Origin: Pseudomonadota bacterium
GTDB lineage: Bacteria; Chloroflexota; UBA5177
Direction of reading: 5' to 3'
NCBI GenBank assembly: GCA_021324655.1
Contig: JAJPIP010000062.1
Coordinates: 38,987 to 102,986 of the forward strand
DNA length: 64,000 nucleotides
The notes below the pieces were generated by a model. That model worked only from the letters and a program-made list of their open reading frames with translations. It searched no databases and was not told the origin of the DNA. Position numbers and translations under genes: made by a program. Each line of letters opens with the position of its first letter. Position 1 is the stretch's first letter. Below, piece after piece: positions 58,536 through 64,000 of this stretch.

Positions 58536-59162
58536 ATGGCTGCAAACGATGATCTGGAACGCGGCGGAGTCGTGGCCGAAAACCAGGAGCCCGAGAGTGA
58601 CGGCGATCCCAACGATGAGTTCGAGATCGGGCCACGTCTGCGACAGATCCGCCGGGATCGGAGTCTGACGATGGCCGAACTGGCGGCGCGGTCCGGGCTG
58701 ACACGCAGCTTTCTCAGTCAGGTGGAGAGCGGGCGGGTGAGCCCCTCGCTGACCTCCCTACAGAAGATCGCATCCGCCTTAGGGATGACCCTGGGCGCGA
58801 TGTTCGCCGTTCCCTCTCCGCACAGCCGCGTCGTGCGGCGCGAGGATCGATCGCGGCTCCGGTACAGCAAATCGAACGTCGAGGACGAGTTGCTCTCACC
58901 CACCCTGACCGGCAAGCTCGAAGTGCTGTCCTGCACCATCGGCCCGCACGAGGTCAGTGGGGATGAGCCGTACGCCCACAATGCGGACGAGGAATGCGTC
59001 GTCGTTCTCGCCGGTCTGCTGGAGATCGTCGTCGACGGCGATCGGTATCTGCTGCGTGAGGGGGACGCCATCACTTTCTGCAGTCGGGAGCCGCACTGGT
59101 GGTGCAACCCGGCCGACGCGGACACGCGCTGCCTATGGGTCATCACTCCGCCCGGCTTCTGA
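58536..59162 (+). CDS. XRE-HTH + cupin regulator (PuuR-like)
   Basis: LTMAELAARSGLTRSFLSQVESG..PSL; H..DEE, GDAITF..PH. Confidence 0.9.
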   Translation: MAANDDLERGGVVAENQEPESDGDPNDEFEIGPRLRQIRRDRSLTMAELAARSGLTRSFLSQVESGRVSPSLTSLQKIASALGMTLGAMFAVPSPHSRVVRREDRSRLRYSKSNVEDELLSPTLTGKLEVLSCTIGPHEVSGDEPYAHNADEECVVVLAGLLEIVVDGDRYLLREGDAITFCSREPHWWCNPADADTRCLWVITPPGF

Positions 59163-59172
59163 GCGAGCGACG

Positions 59173-60234
59173 TTGCCAACTGTGATGACGGTCCGCGGAC
59201 CGATCCACCCGGCGGACCTGGGCATCACGCTGATGCACGAGCACGTGCTGCTCGATCTCAGCTGTGTCCGGCATCCGCCCTCGGCTCCCTGGCAGGAACC
59301 GCTCGTCGACAGCACCGTCAACCTCGGGACGCGCGGGTTGCTCGCCCTCGATCCGTACGTTAACAGGGCCAATCTCCGCCTCGACGATCCGGCGATGGCG
59401 CGCGCCGAGCTTCGGCTCTACCTCGATCTGGGGGGCCGGTCGCTCGTCGATCTCACCGTGCAGGGGCTCTCTCCACGGCCGGTCGCTTTACGGGAGCTCT
59501 CCGAGGCGAGCGGCGTCCACATCGTTGCCGGGTGCGGCTATTACGTTCGGGCCGCCCATCCGGAGGGACTGTCGACGCGCGGCGAGCAGGAGGTAGCGGA
59601 GGCTCTGCTGCGCGAGATCACCGAGGGTTTCGGCGAGACCGGTATCCGGCCAGGGATCATTGGCGAACTGGGCACGAGCTCTCCGATCCATCCTGATGAG
59701 GCCAAGGTGCTGCGAGCCGCCGCCCGCGTGCAGCGCTCGACGGGCCTCGCCATCAATGTCCACGTCGCTCTCTGGTCCCAGGAGGGTCTGGCGGTACTGG
59801 ATATCCTCGAGTCGGCCGGGGCCGATCTCAGCCGCGTCGTCCTCAGTCACCTGGATGAGGTGCTGGATCTGGAGTATCACCGCGCGGTGCTGCGCCGCGG
59901 TGCGTATGTGGAGTACGACACGTTCGGGTCGGAGTTTTACTTCGACTCCTGGCAACGGCGCGAGGCGAGCGACAGTGAGCGTATCGACGCTTTACTCACT
60001 CTCCTCGCCGAGGGATGGCAGGAGCGCATCCTCCTCTCGCAGGACGTCTGCACGAAGATGCACCTGGTTGGCTACGGTGGGTACGGCTACGGCCATCTCC
60101 TCCGCTCCATCGTGCCGCGCTTGCGGCAACGAGGTCTCGATGAGGACATGCTGCGGATGCTGCTGGTGACCAACCCGTCACGCGTGCTGACGTCTTCCCA
60201 TCCAGGCCGTGACGAGCGATCTGACGGCACGTGA
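59173..60234 (+). CDS. phosphotriesterase-related amidohydrolase
   Basis: VMTVRGPI..LGITLMHEH, GIIGELG, NVH, LSHLD, LLSQD. Confidence 0.9.
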   Translation: MPTVMTVRGPIHPADLGITLMHEHVLLDLSCVRHPPSAPWQEPLVDSTVNLGTRGLLALDPYVNRANLRLDDPAMARAELRLYLDLGGRSLVDLTVQGLSPRPVALRELSEASGVHIVAGCGYYVRAAHPEGLSTRGEQEVAEALLREITEGFGETGIRPGIIGELGTSSPIHPDEAKVLRAAARVQRSTGLAINVHVALWSQEGLAVLDILESAGADLSRVVLSHLDEVLDLEYHRAVLRRGAYVEYDTFGSEFYFDSWQRREASDSERIDALLTLLAEGWQERILLSQDVCTKMHLVGYGGYGYGHLLRSIVPRLRQRGLDEDMLRMLLVTNPSRVLTSSHPGRDERSDGT

Positions 60235-60274
60235 TGCCGGCACGCCACGAGGACGGTTCCGACCGTCGACGACT

Positions 60275-61183
60275 CTACCGGCCCGCCCGAGGATCCAGCG
60301 CATCGCGCAGGCCGTCGCCGACGAAGTTGATAGCCAGGATGGCGATGGTCAGCGTGACGCCGGGGACGACCGCCAGTAGCGGTACGGAGATGTAGTACTC
60401 CTCGGCTCCCGTTAGCATGTTGCCCCAGGTGGGCACGTCGGGCGGCACGCCGTAGCCCAGAAAATCGAGAGTTGCCTCCGCGATCATGTTGTAGGCGACG
60501 TTGAGCGTGGTGGTGACGATGATGGCGGCCACCACATTGGGCAGCATGTGCTTGACGATCATGCGAATGCGCGGCACGCCGAGGGCACGTGCCGCATCCA
60601 CGAAGTCCTTCTCCCGGAGTGAGAGGAACTCGCCGCGGATAATGCGCGCCAGGTAGAGCCAGCCGAAGGCGCCCAGGAAAATCGTGACGCTGAAGGCCGA
60701 TCCCTGAATGATCGAGAACATGATCAGGAGCAGGAAGATCGCGGGGAAGGCCAGCAGGAGATCGACGAGGCGCATCATAATGTTGTCGATCCAGCCGCCG
60801 AAGAAACCGGAGACGGCACCGACCAGGACGCCGATCACCATCGAGATCAGAGCCGCGGCGAGGCCGATACTCAGCGACACCCGTCCCCCATAGAGAAGGA
60901 GCGTCAGCACGTCGCGCCCCAGGGAGTCCGTGCCGAGAAGGTGCGCCGAGGTCGGTCCCTGCAGTTGGGCGAAGAGATCCTGCTGGTCCTCACCGTAGGG
61001 AGCGAGCACGGGGGCAAAGAGAGCCGCCAGCACCATAAGGGTGAGAATCACCAGCCCGGCGAGCGCGACCCTGTGCCGCAGAAAGCGATCCCGCGCGATG
61101 CTCAGGTGACCGCGCGGTTCGGGCGCAATGTCGTCAATGGGGAGGATCCCTGCCGCCTCGGCGGTTTCAATCGGTTGATTCAT
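60275..61183 (-). CDS. peptide/nickel ABC transporter permease (OppC/DppC)
   Basis: LLGTDSLGRD, FVDAARALG, GDGLRDALDP. Confidence 0.92.
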   Translation of the reverse strand: MNQPIETAEAAGILPIDDIAPEPRGHLSIARDRFLRHRVALAGLVILTLMVLAALFAPVLAPYGEDQQDLFAQLQGPTSAHLLGTDSLGRDVLTLLLYGGRVSLSIGLAAALISMVIGVLVGAVSGFFGGWIDNIMMRLVDLLLAFPAIFLLLIMFSIIQGSAFSVTIFLGAFGWLYLARIIRGEFLSLREKDFVDAARALGVPRIRMIVKHMLPNVVAAIIVTTTLNVAYNMIAEATLDFLGYGVPPDVPTWGNMLTGAEEYYISVPLLAVVPGVTLTIAILAINFVGDGLRDALDPRAGR

Positions 61184-61192
61184 CTGTCCCTG

Positions 61193-62134
61193 CTAGGAGT
61201 ACCGAATGCGTGGGTCGAGGAAGCCGTACACGAGATCGGCCAGGACCTGGAAGACGACGATGATGACTGCGCCGAAGACGAGGAGCCCCATCAGGACCGG
61301 GTAATCGCGCGAGTTGAGCGAGTCAAAGAACAGACGTCCCATCCCCGGCCAGTCGAAGATGGTCTCCGTCACCACCGCTCCGGTCAGATAGAGCGGCGTA
61401 TCCAGCATGACGACGGTGACGAAGGGAATGAGAGCGTTTTTGAGAGCATGCCGGAAAATGACGGCCGGTTTCTTGACGCCCTTCGCCTTCGCCGTCTGTA
61501 TGTAGTCCTGATGGATCACCTCCAGCATGGAGGAACGCACGTAGCGGCTCCAGCCGGCGACCGTTCCGAACGCCAGGGTGAAGGCCGGAAGGGCGAGATG
61601 GGCCAGGTAGCTGCCCACACTCCCCGATCCCATGTCGGCCGAGGGCAGCCAGCCGAGCTCCACGGCAAACAGCAGCTGGAGCATCAACCCGAACCAGAAC
61701 ACGGGCATGGCCAGGCCGAAGAAGGAGATGGCGTTCACCATGTGATCAAAGACCGAGTACTGCCAGACGGCGGACAGGATACCGGCCAGGAGAGCGATGA
61801 CAAAGGCGATGGCCAGTCCGGCCACCACCAACTGCACGGTGTTGGGCACCCGCTCCGCGATCACGTTGACCACCGGCCGGTACTGAATATAGGAGATGCC
61901 GAGGTTGCCGTGGAGCAATGCCCAGAGCCACTTCCAGTACTGGATGTACCACGGCTGATCAAGCCCCAGGTTGTGGGCGATGGCGTGGAGCTGCTGCGGC
62001 GTCATCCGGCTATTGCGGGCCAACAACGTGAGCGGCCCGCCCGGCATGAGCTGCATGAAGATGAAGGAGACCAGCGAGATGCCGAGGAGGAGCGGAATGA
62101 GGCCCAGCAGACGGCGGACGAGGTAGGTGCCCAC
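61193..62134 (-). CDS. peptide/nickel ABC transporter permease (OppB/DppB)
   Basis: YLVRRLL, DYIQTAKAKG, ETIFDWPGMG, LDPRI. Confidence 0.92.
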   Translation of the reverse strand: MGTYLVRRLLGLIPLLLGISLVSFIFMQLMPGGPLTLLARNSRMTPQQLHAIAHNLGLDQPWYIQYWKWLWALLHGNLGISYIQYRPVVNVIAERVPNTVQLVVAGLAIAFVIALLAGILSAVWQYSVFDHMVNAISFFGLAMPVFWFGLMLQLLFAVELGWLPSADMGSGSVGSYLAHLALPAFTLAFGTVAGWSRYVRSSMLEVIHQDYIQTAKAKGVKKPAVIFRHALKNALIPFVTVVMLDTPLYLTGAVVTETIFDWPGMGRLFFDSLNSRDYPVLMGLLVFGAVIIVVFQVLADLVYGFLDPRIRYS

Positions 62135-62156
62135 GATGCCCTTCCCGAAGGGTCAC

Positions 62157-62180
62157 GGAGGGGGGATGCCTCCCCCCTCC
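62157..62180. other. intercistronic hairpin after the binding-protein gene
   Basis: GGAGGGGGGA-TGCC-TCCCCCCTCC perfect 10-bp stem with no U tract; typical position for differential mRNA stability. Confidence 0.65.
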
Positions 62181-62190
62181 TCGCTTCATG

Positions 62191-63849
62191 CTACTTCGTG
62201 AACTCCCAGTTCTGAACGTTCCACATCAGATTGTTGTACGCGCTGGGATCAAAGCCGATCATGTTCTTCGGCGCCGCGTAGATGTTCTTCTCCGAGTACA
62301 TGAAGAGGACGGGCTCCTCCTTATGCAGGAGTTGCTGGATCTTCCAGTAGATCACCTTGCGCCTGGACGGTTGGATCGTGGCCACGCCCTCGTTGGTCAG
62401 CATGTCGATCTGCGACTGCCACGGATACTTATGGAAGTACTCGGGGGCGTCGCCGCCGCTGCCCGTCGGGGTCTTCGGGATCTGGCTGGAGTTCCAGTAG
62501 AAGCTGTCATCCGGGTCGTTGCTGTTGAACCAGGAGTAGCCACCGGCCGTCATCGCATGGGTGAACTGATAGCCGTTCGGTCCCCAGATCGACTTGATGT
62601 CTTCCTGGTGGTCCGTCACGCCCACACCGATCTGCTTCCAGCTGGCCGTCACGATCTGCTGGACTTCAGAGGTTTCCTGGTCGCCGGAAGGGATCCAGTA
62701 CTGGATGTTGAGCTGGGCACCGTTCTTCTGCAGGATGCCGTTCGATCCCTTCTTGAAGCCGTCCGCCTTCAACATGGCGGACGCCTTGCTCAGACTGTAT
62801 GGATACGGCGTGACGTGAGGATCGTAGTACGGGGAGGCGGGAGGAAAGTCGGTGGGATCTTCCACGGCGAGACCGTGGAAAATGCGTTGCACGATCTCAG
62901 CGACCGGTGTGGCATACGCCAGAGCGACCCGGACCTTGGTGTCTTCCAGTAGGCTGATGTTCTTGAGATCCAGGTGGTACCAGGACAGACTCGGCTTGGT
63001 CACCATCACCACGCCGGACACCGACTTCGCATCGTTGTACCGGATCGCGGACAGGTACGGGATCATCTGGATATCGTGCGTCTTGAGCTGAACGATCTGC
63101 GTGTTATCGTTCGGCACGATTTTGTAGTTGATGATGTTGATGTGCGGTTTGTTGCCCCAATAGTTGGGATTCTTCTTCAGCTCGATATTCTGGCCGGAGA
63201 CCCACTTGACGAAAGTGTACGGACCAGTACCGATGGGATGACGGCCGAAGACCTGGGCGTTATGCTTCGGGCTCGAGAAGGCCGAGGGCGGGCTCTCGTA
63301 CGTGGATCCCACGTAGTAGGCGAACGGCGCGTATCGAACCTTGGTGTGCATGACGACCGTGTAGTTGTTCGGCGTGGTGATCTTGGTGATCTTATTCCAG
63401 CCCTGCTGGCTGTAGGCCCCGATTTTCGGGTTCATGATCGCCTTCCAATTGTCCACCACCACCCTGGCGTTGAACGGCTCACCGTCCTGAAACTTGACGC
63501 CGTGGCGCAGATACCAGGTGTAGGTCAGGCCGTCTTTGGAGACGTGATACGTGGTCGCGAGCCGGTAGATGATGTGATCGTTTGAGTTGTAGTCGATCAG
63601 CCCTTCCATCACCGCGGAGAGCACGCTGTCGCTGGTCACCAGCTGCGTGGTGAGCGGGTTGAGCGTGTCCGGCTCTTCGTTGCTGCCGATGGTCAGCGTC
63701 CCGCCGTTATGCGGTGTCCCGGCGGCGCTGTGACTCACGTCGCTGCTGCTCGCTCCGTGTCCCGAACTGTTACTACTGCCACACGCACTCAGGAATGCCG
63801 CAATGAATAACGCGGCGACCACTGGACGAGCTACCTTCAGTCCGTTCAC
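62191..63849 (-). CDS. ABC substrate-binding lipoprotein family 5 (OppA/DppA)
   Basis: Lipobox LSAC, PDTLNP, KFQDGEPF, PIGTGPY; GAGGAG RBS. Confidence 0.93.
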   Translation of the reverse strand: MNGLKVARPVVAALFIAAFLSACGSSNSSGHGASSSDVSHSAAGTPHNGGTLTIGSNEEPDTLNPLTTQLVTSDSVLSAVMEGLIDYNSNDHIIYRLATTYHVSKDGLTYTWYLRHGVKFQDGEPFNARVVVDNWKAIMNPKIGAYSQQGWNKITKITTPNNYTVVMHTKVRYAPFAYYVGSTYESPPSAFSSPKHNAQVFGRHPIGTGPYTFVKWVSGQNIELKKNPNYWGNKPHINIINYKIVPNDNTQIVQLKTHDIQMIPYLSAIRYNDAKSVSGVVMVTKPSLSWYHLDLKNISLLEDTKVRVALAYATPVAEIVQRIFHGLAVEDPTDFPPASPYYDPHVTPYPYSLSKASAMLKADGFKKGSNGILQKNGAQLNIQYWIPSGDQETSEVQQIVTASWKQIGVGVTDHQEDIKSIWGPNGYQFTHAMTAGGYSWFNSNDPDDSFYWNSSQIPKTPTGSGGDAPEYFHKYPWQSQIDMLTNEGVATIQPSRRKVIYWKIQQLLHKEEPVLFMYSEKNIYAAPKNMIGFDPSAYNNLMWNVQNWEFTK

Positions 63850-64000
63850 GCTCTCCTCCTCTGAGCCGGCGCGCTCGCCGGGGACTCACACCTACCACCG
63901 GAAATACGACGTAAAGTAACAGCCTCCTTTGTTAGACGAACGACTCAGTCGTCAGAACCGTAACAACGCAATACCTTGGACTGATCTTAGGAGTCATCCG

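Overview
High-GC bacterial chromosomal segment. Gene content suggests a soil Chloroflexota-like organism (inference). It holds about 60 CDSs and no rRNA, tRNA, CRISPR array or intact mobile element that I can see. Main blocks: (1) small detox/redox genes (SAM methyltransferases, cupins, VOC, SnoaL, F420-binding proteins, TetR/AraC) plus an unusual HTH_17-MEDS-PAS-GAF histidine kinase; (2) a SARP/AAA regulator divergent from TusA-like and ferritin-like genes; (3) an arsenic operon arsR-arsM-[micro-ORF]-aqpN-arsC; (4) a MetE-II-family gene heading pcaHGBDC-pobA; (5) an amine-catabolism-type cluster and an Opp-type ABC transporter. Top finding: a 19-aa, 8-cysteine ORF (MDCTCPCCDGCNCDPTCCS, 34577-34636, minus strand) absent from the supplied ORF track. 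It has a strong RBS and sits inside the ars operon between arsM and the aquaporin, making it a candidate minimal arsenic metallothionein. Intergenic gaps hold several decayed gene remnants (Crp, TetR, HsdM, RHH antitoxin, YdjC). All family assignments come from motif recognition by eye, not database searches.
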